The notes under the pieces: model-generated
The model's database searches: none
Seen by the model: only the letters and a program-made list of their open reading frames with translations
Told to the model about the DNA's origin: nothing
Translations under genes and position numbers: made by a program
From: Gammaproteobacteria bacterium
GTDB lineage: Bacteria > Pseudomonadota > Gammaproteobacteria > JAJDOJ01
Direction of reading: 5' to 3'
Assembly (NCBI GenBank): GCA_022340215.1
Contig: JAJDOJ010000164.1
Location: 290-64,289, forward strand
DNA length: 64,000 nt
Part shown: in pieces, positions 40,616-49,435 of the stretch
Layout of the letters: every line of letters starts with the position of its first letter
Position numbering within the stretch: position 1 is the first letter of the stretch

Positions 40616-40786
40616 GACGCTGCCGATGCGCTCCGGCGAGTAGCCGAGGTCCTTCAGGTAGAGGCCCCAATACGGCAGGAATGCGCCCAGGCTCGCGAAA
40701 TAGAAGAAATAGAAACCCGAGAGGCGAATGTAGGCTGAGGCTTCGATACTGTCTCGCTAGCCGGACGATCACCGGCGTCTCGAGTG

Positions 40787-41884
40787 TCAAACTGCCGCAG
40801 GGATTGGGGTGATGCCGGGATCCACGTCGGCGTTCTGGGCACGATGACGAAGCATGTGATCCATCAGGACGATCGCCAGCATCGCCTCGGCGATGGGCGT
40901 GGCGCGGATTCCCACGCAGGGATCGTGTCGGCCGGTGGTGACCACCTCGACCGGTTGACCCTGTACATCGACCGAGCGGCCCGGTATCCGGATACTCGAG
41001 GTCGGCTTGAGCGCGATGCTCACGGTCACGTCCTGACCGCTGGAGATTCCGCCCAGCACACCGCCGGCATCGTTGCCGACAAAGCCCTGTGGCGTCATCT
41101 CGTCTCGATGCTCGGTCCCCTTCTGCTCCACGCAAGCGAATCCCGCGCCGATCTCGACACCCTTGACCGCGTTGATCCCCAGCATCGCGTGGGCGATGTC
41201 CGCGTCCAGGCGGTCGAACACCGGCTCACCCCAGCCTGGCGGCACCCCGGAGGCGACGACGTTCACCCGCGCGCCGATGGAGTTCCCCTCCTTTCGCAGG
41301 GCGTCCATGTAGCGTTCCAGCTCCGGCACCAGCTCCGCATCCGCCGAGAAGAACGGGTTGCGCTCCACCTCTTCCCAGTCGAAACTCGACGGCCTCAGCG
41401 GGCCGAGCTGGGCCAGATAGCCCCGGATCGTCACACCGAAACGCTGATGCAGATATTTCTTGGCGATCGCGCCGGCCGCGACTCGCATGGCGGTTTCCCT
41501 TGCCGAGGAGCGACCGCCGCCACGGTAATCCCGGAAACCGTATTTTCTGAAGTAGGTGTAGTCAGCGTGACCCGGCCGGAACTTCTCCGCAATCGCCGAA
41601 TAGTCCTTCGATCGCTGGTCCTGGTTGTAGATCACCAGACCGATAGGAACACCCGTGGTCACGCCCTCGAAGACACCGGAAAGGATCCGCACCTCGTCAG
41701 GCTCCCGACGTTGCGTGGTGTGGCGCGACTTGCCGGGTCGGCGGCGATCCAGTTCGACCTGGAGGTCGGCCTCGCAGAGCGTCATCCCGGGCGGACAGCC
41801 ATCCACGACGCAGCCGATCGCGGGGCCGTGGCTCTCACCGAAGGAGGTCACGGAGAACAGCTTGCCTATCGTGTTACCGGACAT
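40787..41884 (-). CDS. aroC: Chorismate synthase
   Basis: [20 protein letters not shown] start; 365 aa. The ORF extends to 41935. Confidence 0.9.
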   Translation of the reverse strand: MSGNTIGKLFSVTSFGESHGPAIGCVVDGCPPGMTLCEADLQVELDRRRPGKSRHTTQRREPDEVRILSGVFEGVTTGVPIGLVIYNQDQRSKDYSAIAEKFRPGHADYTYFRKYGFRDYRGGGRSSARETAMRVAAGAIAKKYLHQRFGVTIRGYLAQLGPLRPSSFDWEEVERNPFFSADAELVPELERYMDALRKEGNSIGARVNVVASGVPPGWGEPVFDRLDADIAHAMLGINAVKGVEIGAGFACVEQKGTEHRDEMTPQGFVGNDAGGVLGGISSGQDVTVSIALKPTSSIRIPGRSVDVQGQPVEVVTTGRHDPCVGIRATPIAEAMLAIVLMDHMLRHRAQNADVDPGITPIPAAV

Positions 41885-41931
41885 GCGCGAATTGTAGCAG
41901 AGTCGTTTCGCGCACCTGTCCGCGCACGACC

Positions 41932-42852
41932 TCACCCCGCGGGCGAATCCGTCGGGGGAAGCTGTCCGGCTTCCAGCAGGACGACACCGTGACCACCGAA
42001 CTCGAACTCGAGCCAGGTAAACGGGAGACCAGGCAGGGATTCGACCAGGGCCCCCTCACGGTTCCCGACCTCCACGACCAGGATGCCCCCCGGATTGAGA
42101 TGTCCGCGGGCCTCGGCAACGATCCGGCGCACCAGGTCCAGGCCGTCCTCGCCACCATAGAGACCGTGTTCCGGTTCGTGGAGGAACTCCGCGGGTAGCG
42201 TCTGCATCTCCTCGAGATCGACATAGGGCGGATTGCTCACGATCAGGTCGTAGGTCTCGGCGGCCAGTGCGTCGAACAGGTCCGACCTGACGGCCCTTAC
42301 CCGATCTGCGACACCATGGCGGCGGATATTCGTTCGCGCCACCTCCAGCGCATCATCGGACAACTCGCCCAGGTCCACGCGCCCATCGGGAAAGGCATGG
42401 GCGCAGGCGATGCCGATACAACCGCTGCCGGCACAAAGGTCGAGCACGTGCCGCACTCGGTCGGTGTCGAGCCAGGGCCGGAACCGGTCCTCGATCAATT
42501 CGGCGATCGGAGAACGCGGCACGAGCACACGTTCATCGACGTAGTAACTTCGACCCGCGAACCACGCCTCATGGATCAGGTAGGCGAGCGGCTTGCGGGT
42601 TTCGATCCGCGTCCGCGCCAAGGTCCTGACGCGTTCAGCCGCGCCGGATTCAACCGGACGCGAGCCCTCCCAGGGATCCTGGACCGGATGGCGCCCGATG
42701 ACATGCGACACCAGCCAGGCCGCCTCGTCTCCCGCATCAACGGTCCCGTGTCCGTAAACCGCAGCTGCTGCGGTCAACAGCACCGTGACCTCCCGACAGA
42801 GCTCGTCCCGTGTCAATCTCGTTTCACCCCGATCTGGTTCGGCTGCGGACAC
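41932..42852 (-). CDS. prmB: Ribosomal protein L3 N5-glutamine methyltransferase (HemK/PrmB family)
   Basis: YGHGT...[26 protein letters not shown]...NPPY. The ORF runs to 43149 and overlaps the sco gene. The probable start is GTG at 42852 (33 aa before YGHGT, as in E. coli PrmB). Start uncertain. Confidence 0.75.
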   Translation of the reverse strand: MSAAEPDRGETRLTRDELCREVTVLLTAAAAVYGHGTVDAGDEAAWLVSHVIGRHPVQDPWEGSRPVESGAAERVRTLARTRIETRKPLAYLIHEAWFAGRSYYVDERVLVPRSPIAELIEDRFRPWLDTDRVRHVLDLCAGSGCIGIACAHAFPDGRVDLGELSDDALEVARTNIRRHGVADRVRAVRSDLFDALAAETYDLIVSNPPYVDLEEMQTLPAEFLHEPEHGLYGGEDGLDLVRRIVAEARGHLNPGGILVVEVGNREGALVESLPGLPFTWLEFEFGGHGVVLLEAGQLPPTDSPAG

Positions 42853-42952
42853 ACCCGCCGAGTTGCTTTCGAATACACTCCGTTTGCATCGCTCCGGGTT
42901 CCGGCAGGCCTCAGGTGATCCCGGACGCGCGTTATGAAATAATATCCCCCCA

Positions 42953-43633
42953 GTGACCACAGAACCATCGAGACCTCCCCCCGTGAAATCCCACCGCCTG
43001 CCGCTCATGCTGCTGGCGGTAGTTGCGCTTGCGGCCGGCAGCACGGTCGGCTGGCTCCTGCAGGGCGACAGGCTCGGGGACCGGGAACCGCTGGCGCTGC
43101 AGGCCGGAACCTCCCTGCTGGGACATGCGCGTGCACTGCCGGCATTCACGTTAGTGGATCACAACGGCAATCCGTTCGACAACGACCGCCTGACAGGGAA
43201 ATGGACCTTCATTTTCTTCGGCTATACCCACTGCCCGGACATCTGTCCGACGACCTTGTCCACCCTGGCCCAGGTCGCGCAACAACTGGAAAACGACGAC
43301 GTCTCGAAGGACACGCAGTTCGTCTTCGTGTCCGTGGACCCCGACCGCGACACACCGCAGACCCTGGCTGAATACGTGGTCTACTTCAACCCGGATTTCA
43401 TCGGCGTGACCGGAGACGAGCAGGCGTTGGCGCAGCTTACCTCGTCGCTCGGGATACTCTATGCAAAGGTCGAAGACCCCTCGAACCCGGAAAATTATCT
43501 CGTCGACCATAGCGGATCGATCCTTCTCGTGGGCCCCGGGGGAGAATTGGCCGCTGTCTTCTCGGCACCGCACGACCCCGCCCTGCTCGCCACGGACCTT
43601 CGCAGCCTGTACAAGGCCTACGGAAGCTATTGA
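42953..43633 (+). CDS. SCO1/SenC-family copper chaperone (thioredoxin fold)
   Basis: CPDICP motif, N-terminal membrane anchor, 226 aa. Confidence 0.85.
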   Translation: MTTEPSRPPPVKSHRLPLMLLAVVALAAGSTVGWLLQGDRLGDREPLALQAGTSLLGHARALPAFTLVDHNGNPFDNDRLTGKWTFIFFGYTHCPDICPTTLSTLAQVAQQLENDDVSKDTQFVFVSVDPDRDTPQTLAEYVVYFNPDFIGVTGDEQALAQLTSSLGILYAKVEDPSNPENYLVDHSGSILLVGPGGELAAVFSAPHDPALLATDLRSLYKAYGSY

Positions 43634-44517
43634 TGCCGGACGCCCCGTCGCCCGTCGAGCGTATCAAGGCCTCTCTGTTCAGGATCCTCCCCCACCACCT
43701 GATCTCCCGAATCGTATTCCGGCTCACACGGGTCCGAACACCCTACGTGCACTACGCGATCCAGACATTCATCCACCACTTCGACGTCGACATGTCCGAG
43801 GCGGCCGAGCCCGATCCGAAATCCTACGCCACCTTCAACGACTTCTTCGTTCGCCAGCTGCGCCCCGGGGCGAGAACGATCGACGATGCCTCTGACGCAC
43901 TGGTCTGCCCGGCAGACGGAAGAATCAGCCAGATCGGCGAGTTGAACGGCGACGAAATCGTGCAGGCGAAGGCGCGATCCTTTTCCGCGTTGTCACTCCT
44001 CGGAGGATCGGCACAACGCTCGGCCCCGTTCGAGGGCGGAAGGTTCTGCACCATCTACCTGTCACCCCGCGACTACCATCGCGTCCACATGCCCTGCGCG
44101 GGGGCACTCAGCGAAATGGTGCATGTCCCGGGCCGATTGTTCACCGTGGCGCCCTTCGCGACGCGCACCGTCCCGGACCTGTTCGCGAGAAACGAACGCG
44201 TAGCGGCGCTGTTCCAGACAGACACCGGACCGATAGCCGTGGTTCTGGTCGGCGCCATCAACGTCGCCGCCGTCGAGACCGTCTGGGCCGGGCTCATCAC
44301 ACCCCCGAAGGGAAAGGAGATCCGGGTTACGCAATATCGCGACGTGCAATCGCCGCTTCACATCGGACGCGGAGAGGAAATGGGCCGCTTCAACATGGGC
44401 TCGACGGTCATCCTGCTGTTCCCCCCCGGGACCGTGGCCTGGGACGAGCGACTCGGTGAGGAGAGCCCGGTCCGGATGGGCGAGCGCATCGGGACTCTCT
44501 CCGGAGAGTCAGCCTGA
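43630..44517 (+). CDS. psd: Phosphatidylserine decarboxylase proenzyme
   Basis: C-terminal GSTV self-cleavage motif (FNMGSTVILLF), 295 aa. Overlaps the sco stop. Confidence 0.88.
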   Translation: MMPDAPSPVERIKASLFRILPHHLISRIVFRLTRVRTPYVHYAIQTFIHHFDVDMSEAAEPDPKSYATFNDFFVRQLRPGARTIDDASDALVCPADGRISQIGELNGDEIVQAKARSFSALSLLGGSAQRSAPFEGGRFCTIYLSPRDYHRVHMPCAGALSEMVHVPGRLFTVAPFATRTVPDLFARNERVAALFQTDTGPIAVVLVGAINVAAVETVWAGLITPPKGKEIRVTQYRDVQSPLHIGRGEEMGRFNMGSTVILLFPPGTVAWDERLGEESPVRMGERIGTLSGESA

Positions 44518-44570
44518 CACTGCTGGTTCACGAGGCGGTGGTTGCGGCAGGTACCACCCGTTCGAGCCCG

Positions 44571-45539
44571 CTACGCCCGAGGCCAGGGGAACGCGATCAC
44601 CTCGTCGATGTGCGTCGCCCCTGCTCTCGCCATGAGCAGGCGGTCGAGTCCCACGGCGACACCGGCGCATGGTGGCATTCCTGCCTCGAGCGCCTCGATG
44701 AGACGCCGATCCATCTCGACCGGAGGTTGCCCCGCCATGGATCGCCGTTTCGTATCCCCCCAGAAGCGCTCGGACTGCTCGGCGGCATCAGTCAGCTCGT
44801 GGAATCCGTTGCCCAGTTCCGTCGGCCCCAGGAAGACCTCGAAACGCTCCGCAACGCGTGGATCCCCGTCCCGTATCCGGGCCAGCGAGGCCTGCTCTGC
44901 GGGAAAGTCGAAGACGAAAGTCAGTCGGCCCGCCGGAAATCCCCGGGCGACCGCCTCGGAAAACAGTAGGTCCAGCCACTGTGAGGCAGTCAGGGATTCT
45001 ACCCGCCCCAGCCCGAGCCTCACGGCCCGGCTCGCCAAGGTTTCGGCGTCGGCAGTGTGCGGATCGATGCCGATCGCCTCACCGTAGGCATCCCGATAGG
45101 ACAGGCGCAGCGTATCCGCGACGATGGCCTCACCCAGCACGGACCTGAATAGTGACTCGACCTCGTCCATCAGGCGCCAGTGATCAATGCCGCTTCGATA
45201 CCACTCCAGCAGGGTGAATTCCGGGTTGTGCCAACGACCCGATTCAGCGCGGCGAAACGCCCGTCCGATCTGATAGATGTCCCCCAGGCCCGCGCACAGC
45301 AGACGCTTCATGGCAAATTCGGGGGAGGTTGGCAGAAAACGTACCGGCCGCTCCCCATCCTCGACCGCGAAACTCTCGATGTTGGGGTCGGTCGTCCCGG
45401 CCAGCGACAGCAGCGGCGTTTCCACCTCGAGGACGTTGCGCTCCGCGAAGAAGGCACGCACCTCTGCCAGCACTCGTGCCCTGAGCGCGATCCGCTCCGG
45501 CGTTGCCGCAGGACGCCAGTCTTCCTCACCCCTCTCCAC
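44571..45539 (-). CDS. epmA: EF-P--(R)-beta-lysine ligase (PoxA/GenX, truncated class II LysRS paralog)
   Basis: Class II aaRS motifs (FRRAESGRWHNPEFTLLEWY; GFPAGRLTFVFDFP; GVAVGLDRLLM). 322 aa. Located just downstream of efp. Confidence 0.88.
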   Translation of the reverse strand: MERGEEDWRPAATPERIALRARVLAEVRAFFAERNVLEVETPLLSLAGTTDPNIESFAVEDGERPVRFLPTSPEFAMKRLLCAGLGDIYQIGRAFRRAESGRWHNPEFTLLEWYRSGIDHWRLMDEVESLFRSVLGEAIVADTLRLSYRDAYGEAIGIDPHTADAETLASRAVRLGLGRVESLTASQWLDLLFSEAVARGFPAGRLTFVFDFPAEQASLARIRDGDPRVAERFEVFLGPTELGNGFHELTDAAEQSERFWGDTKRRSMAGQPPVEMDRRLIEALEAGMPPCAGVAVGLDRLLMARAGATHIDEVIAFPWPRA

Positions 45540-45543
45540 GAAG

Positions 45544-46110
45544 CTACTTGACCCGAGAGACGTACTCTCCGGTTCGTGTATCGATCTTCAGGACCTCCCC
45601 CTGCTCAATAAACAGCGGGACCTTTACCACGGCGCCGGTCTCCAGCGTGGCCGGCTTGGTTCCACCGGAGGCCGTGTCACCCCGGACACCCGGATCGGTC
45701 TCGACGATCGTCAATTCGACGAAATTGGGCGGCGACACCGAAATCGGGTCACCGTTGTACAGCGTTACCAGACAAACATCCTGGTCCTTCAGCCAACGGG
45801 CGGCGTCACCAATCGCCGTGGCACCCGCGGCCACCTGTTCGTAGGTCTCCGGATGCATGAAATGCCAAAGTTCGCCGTCGTTGTAGAGATACTGCAATTC
45901 GGTTTCCATGACGTCCGCCGCCTCGATGGATTCGCCGGACTTGAAGGTCCGGTCGATCACGCGACCGGTCTTCAGATTGCGGAACTTCACCCGATTGAAC
46001 GCCTGTCCCTTGCCTGGTTTGACGAACTCGTTTTCCAAGATGTTGTGTGGATCGCCGTCCAGCATCACCTTGAGACCGGACCGGAATTCATTGGTACTAT
46101 ACGTGGCCAT
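45544..46110 (-). CDS. efp: Elongation factor P
   Basis: [21 protein letters not shown]...[12 protein letters not shown], which includes the modified Lys in KPGKG. Confidence 0.92.
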   Translation of the reverse strand: MATYSTNEFRSGLKVMLDGDPHNILENEFVKPGKGQAFNRVKFRNLKTGRVIDRTFKSGESIEAADVMETELQYLYNDGELWHFMHPETYEQVAAGATAIGDAARWLKDQDVCLVTLYNGDPISVSPPNFVELTIVETDPGVRGDTASGGTKPATLETGAVVKVPLFIEQGEVLKIDTRTGEYVSRVK

Positions 46111-46456
46111 GACACCCTCAATATTCAGTTATTCCATTCGCTGTCCACAAGGTCGGAGCCCCACCATATCGATTCCCGGGATGCGACATGGTCTGACTGA
46201 TATCGCCACAGCCGGGCGATAGGGGCGTTCGCCCCGGCGCGCAGGCACCCGGCGTTCCGGATTCCGCAATGAGCCGAAAACCTTCGCCCGACCGCGTCGC
46301 TGCGCCGGGCCCTGACTTGGACAAGCCGCCTATGATAGCCCTTGGGCGCATGACAGGACAGACGCCGCCGGTATCGGGCAAACGCCGTTCGAGGCCGAAA
46401 GCGGCAGCGTGCATCCGGCGTTCCGTTGGACCCGCACGGAGGTACGCGGCACACCA

Positions 46457-47455
46457 ATGAGGACTGAATTCTCGTCTCAAGGCCCGTCTGCATGGCGGAC
46501 ACGCGCCGAAATAATCACCGATCCCGCGGAGCTGATCGAACTGCTGGGTCTGGAAACCTCGTTGATCCCCGCTGCCAGACGCGCCGCGGAGCTGTTCGGA
46601 TTTCGCGTCACCCGAAGCTTCGCGTCACGGATGCGACGCGGTGATCCGCAAGACCCCCTGCTTCGCCAGGTCCTGCCGGTGACCGCGGAAACGTTGGACG
46701 GCCCTGCCGAGTTCGTCAGCGATCCGGTCGGCGATCTCGAGTCCCGCGCCGCTCCCGGTGTGCTGAACAAGTACCGGGGTCGTGCCCTGATGGTGGTCAC
46801 GGGCGCCTGCGGTACACATTGCCGCTACTGCTTCAGACGGCACTTTCCCTACCGGCACGAGATTCGCCCCGGAACGGCCGCCGCCCTGAGCTACCTGCGT
46901 GAAAACACCGGGATCGGGGAAATCATTCTCAGCGGTGGCGATCCGCTGACCCTCAGCGACAGACGCCTGTCCGGACTGGTTTCCGAACTCGAATCCATCC
47001 CACATATCAAGCGCCTGAGGCTGCATACGCGCCAGCCAGTATTCGAACCCGCCCGCGTCAACGATTCACTGCTGGCGTGGATAAGTTCGACAGGCCTTCG
47101 AGCGTTGGTCGTAATCCACGCCAATCACCCCAACGAGATCGACGGCGATGTCGCCGATGCGATGGGCAGATTGCACTCGACCGGCGCCGTACTGCTGAAT
47201 CAGTCAGTCCTGCTGCGTGGCGTGAACGACGACACCGAGACACTGGTCCGTCTGAGCGAGCGACTTTTCGAAGCCGGCGTCATGCCCTACTACCTGCACG
47301 TCCTCGACCGGGTCCAGGGTGCCGCGCATTTTCTCGTTCCCGATTCCTCGGCGCGCACTCTGCACCGCAGGTTGAGGGCATCGTTGCCGGGATACCTCGT
47401 TCCCAGACTGGCCCGGGAGGATCCCGGCAAGGCCTCGAAGACCCTGCTGGTCTGA
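46457..47455 (+). CDS. epmB: EF-P beta-lysylation protein EpmB (lysine 2,3-aminomutase-like radical SAM)
   Basis: CGTHCRYCFRR radical-SAM cluster motif. Divergent from efp. The ORF begins at 46409, and MRTEF at 46457 is the probable start. Confidence 0.85.
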   Translation: MRTEFSSQGPSAWRTRAEIITDPAELIELLGLETSLIPAARRAAELFGFRVTRSFASRMRRGDPQDPLLRQVLPVTAETLDGPAEFVSDPVGDLESRAAPGVLNKYRGRALMVVTGACGTHCRYCFRRHFPYRHEIRPGTAAALSYLRENTGIGEIILSGGDPLTLSDRRLSGLVSELESIPHIKRLRLHTRQPVFEPARVNDSLLAWISSTGLRALVVIHANHPNEIDGDVADAMGRLHSTGAVLLNQSVLLRGVNDDTETLVRLSERLFEAGVMPYYLHVLDRVQGAAHFLVPDSSARTLHRRLRASLPGYLVPRLAREDPGKASKTLLV

Positions 47456-47533
47456 ACAACCGGCGACTATGTCAGACGATTCCGGCGGTCACACAAGGGC
47501 TTTCCTAAACTACACTATGAGTTAGGTTCTACC

Positions 47534-49414
47534 ATGGCAGGCCCACCGCTACCCACTGGTATCCGGCAGAACAACGTTATGCAACTGAATACCCCGTTTC
47601 AAACCGCCCCCGGCAGCGATTCCCCGTTTGCCGAGCCGCGCAGGGTCAAGCGCTGGCTCAGAGAGCTGCCGCCCACCAACATAGGCGAATCCACGAGGCT
47701 TTTCTACGAGGGATTGAGGGACTCGAACCGCCTCGTGATCGCGCCGAAGAAACGCCTCGAGATCATGGAGTTGATGCGCTCGACCGCGAAACCGATCACC
47801 CGAAACCTGCAGAAGCATCTGCTTGCGCGCAGCTACCCACTCCCCACCAGGACCCGAAAGATCCTGCAGCTCAATCTTTCGATCCAGGAGGAGATGGCTA
47901 ATGGCTACAAGAGCGCAATCAACGATGCCGCCAACGGTAGGGGAAAACTCGATCCGCGCTCCCAGGTGCTGGCCGTTCAGCGTGCGATGCGCTACCTGCA
48001 GGCGCAGTTTCTCTCCTCGATGGAAAGCTATGTGGGCTACAACGAGGGCAACTGGCGGGACCTGTATGCGCTGTTCGCGTTCGCCGAACAGCGCGACCTG
48101 CTCGACAGGGCAGTCAAGGACGAAGAATACGAAACCCTGACTCGCGCCACCATCGAGGACGTGTTCAGACAAACGGTGCTTCTGGAACTCTCCAAACCAC
48201 AAAGCCTGCGCCAAGGCGAGGCGGCGAAACTTGCGACCTACTTCGAGCACACCGCTCGCAGCTGCGTGGTGCGACGGGGCCTGGCCCCCGATGCCGACGA
48301 CAACGCCTGCGTGATGGACCTCGACAGCGACGACCCCCCCGTGTGCGCGATCGCCTCGCAGATCGAAAGTTCACCGTACCTGCGCTTTCTGGATATCAGC
48401 GCGCTGATCGCGTCAATTCAGTCACAAATCCAGGGTGCCGATTCCAACGACGCCATGGGTGCACCACAGGTGACCCTGAGTCTCGATCTCTACCGCCGGC
48501 TCCACCAGCACCTCACAACCAGCATCTCGCGCCGATTCTCCCGCGGTCCGGGGAGATTCGAGACCGAGTCCCTGATCGTGATCGGTCTGCCAAACATTCA
48601 TCTGGCGCATCGTATCGATGCAGGGGCATTCGAGGAAACCGAGATCCCATACGAGCCCCAGAGCGTCGACCCCGTATCCGATGTCCTGTCGCCACCCGAC
48701 ACACTGTCGATCGACCTCAGCACCGAAGAACTGACCAAGCCCGGCCGATTCGAATTCCGGGCAAAGACCGAAACCGGCATGAGCAGCGGCAATGCCTGGG
48801 AGATCGTCGCCCGGGGGAACGTGATCGGTGAAAACAGTTTCAAGGCGACGCCCGGGGGAGAGGAAGTGCCTCTGCCGGATCGTAAGACGGATGAAATCTT
48901 TCACCGTTGGGGTGTCATCAACGTCAGCGCCGGCGGTTACCGGTTGAGGACGCAGGACACAGAGGCGAGCAACGCGCACGTCGGGGAGATCCTCGCAATG
49001 CGGTTTCCCCACGGCTCGAAGACACGCTGTCACGTCGGCGTTATCCGCTGGATGCAGGCGTACGGCTCCGGTGCCCTGGACATCGGGGTGCAGCTCATGG
49101 GTCCCAGGGTGCTACCGATCACGGTGGATTTCATCGACGTTTCGAGACGCACCTCGTCGGAACCCCGCGAAGGACTTGTCCTTCCCAGGGTTCAGGCTCT
49201 CAATCAGCCCTCCACCTTGGTGCTGCCGTACGGGGAATTCTCCGTCGGCGACAGGGTTATCGCGGCGATCGAGAACCGGGAGAATCGGTTGGAACTCACC
49301 GAACTCGTCGGACAGACCGGGTCATTCAGTCAGTTTCGATATTCCACCCTTTCCGAAACGGACGAATCGACGGACGACCAGGACAAGTTCGCGTCGCTCT
49401 GGTCGAAGCTCTGA
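47534..49414 (+). CDS. Large (626-aa) protein with an unassigned N-terminal region of about 450 aa and a C-terminal PilZ (c-di-GMP binding) domain
   Basis: PilZ signatures near the C-terminus: DRKTDEIFHRW (RxxxR-like) followed by VINVSAGGYRL ((D/N)xSxxG). No match recognized for the N-terminal region. Confidence 0.6.
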   Translation: MAGPPLPTGIRQNNVMQLNTPFQTAPGSDSPFAEPRRVKRWLRELPPTNIGESTRLFYEGLRDSNRLVIAPKKRLEIMELMRSTAKPITRNLQKHLLARSYPLPTRTRKILQLNLSIQEEMANGYKSAINDAANGRGKLDPRSQVLAVQRAMRYLQAQFLSSMESYVGYNEGNWRDLYALFAFAEQRDLLDRAVKDEEYETLTRATIEDVFRQTVLLELSKPQSLRQGEAAKLATYFEHTARSCVVRRGLAPDADDNACVMDLDSDDPPVCAIASQIESSPYLRFLDISALIASIQSQIQGADSNDAMGAPQVTLSLDLYRRLHQHLTTSISRRFSRGPGRFETESLIVIGLPNIHLAHRIDAGAFEETEIPYEPQSVDPVSDVLSPPDTLSIDLSTEELTKPGRFEFRAKTETGMSSGNAWEIVARGNVIGENSFKATPGGEEVPLPDRKTDEIFHRWGVINVSAGGYRLRTQDTEASNAHVGEILAMRFPHGSKTRCHVGVIRWMQAYGSGALDIGVQLMGPRVLPITVDFIDVSRRTSSEPREGLVLPRVQALNQPSTLVLPYGEFSVGDRVIAAIENRENRLELTELVGQTGSFSQFRYSTLSETDESTDDQDKFASLWSKL

Positions 49415-49435
49415 ATCCATGATCCTCCTGGTCCC

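Noticed and set aside
41932-43149. Full 405-aa ORF for prmB extending to 43149
   Set aside because: The upstream 100 codons overlap the SCO1-family gene on the opposite strand and are Ser/Ala/Pro-rich noise. E. coli PrmB has only 33 residues before YGHGT, which fits a GTG start at 42852.
44518-44570. Possible terminator hairpin (cggtggt...accaccg) between convergent psd and epmA
   Set aside because: Only a 6-bp stem with no T-tract. Too weak to list as a feature.
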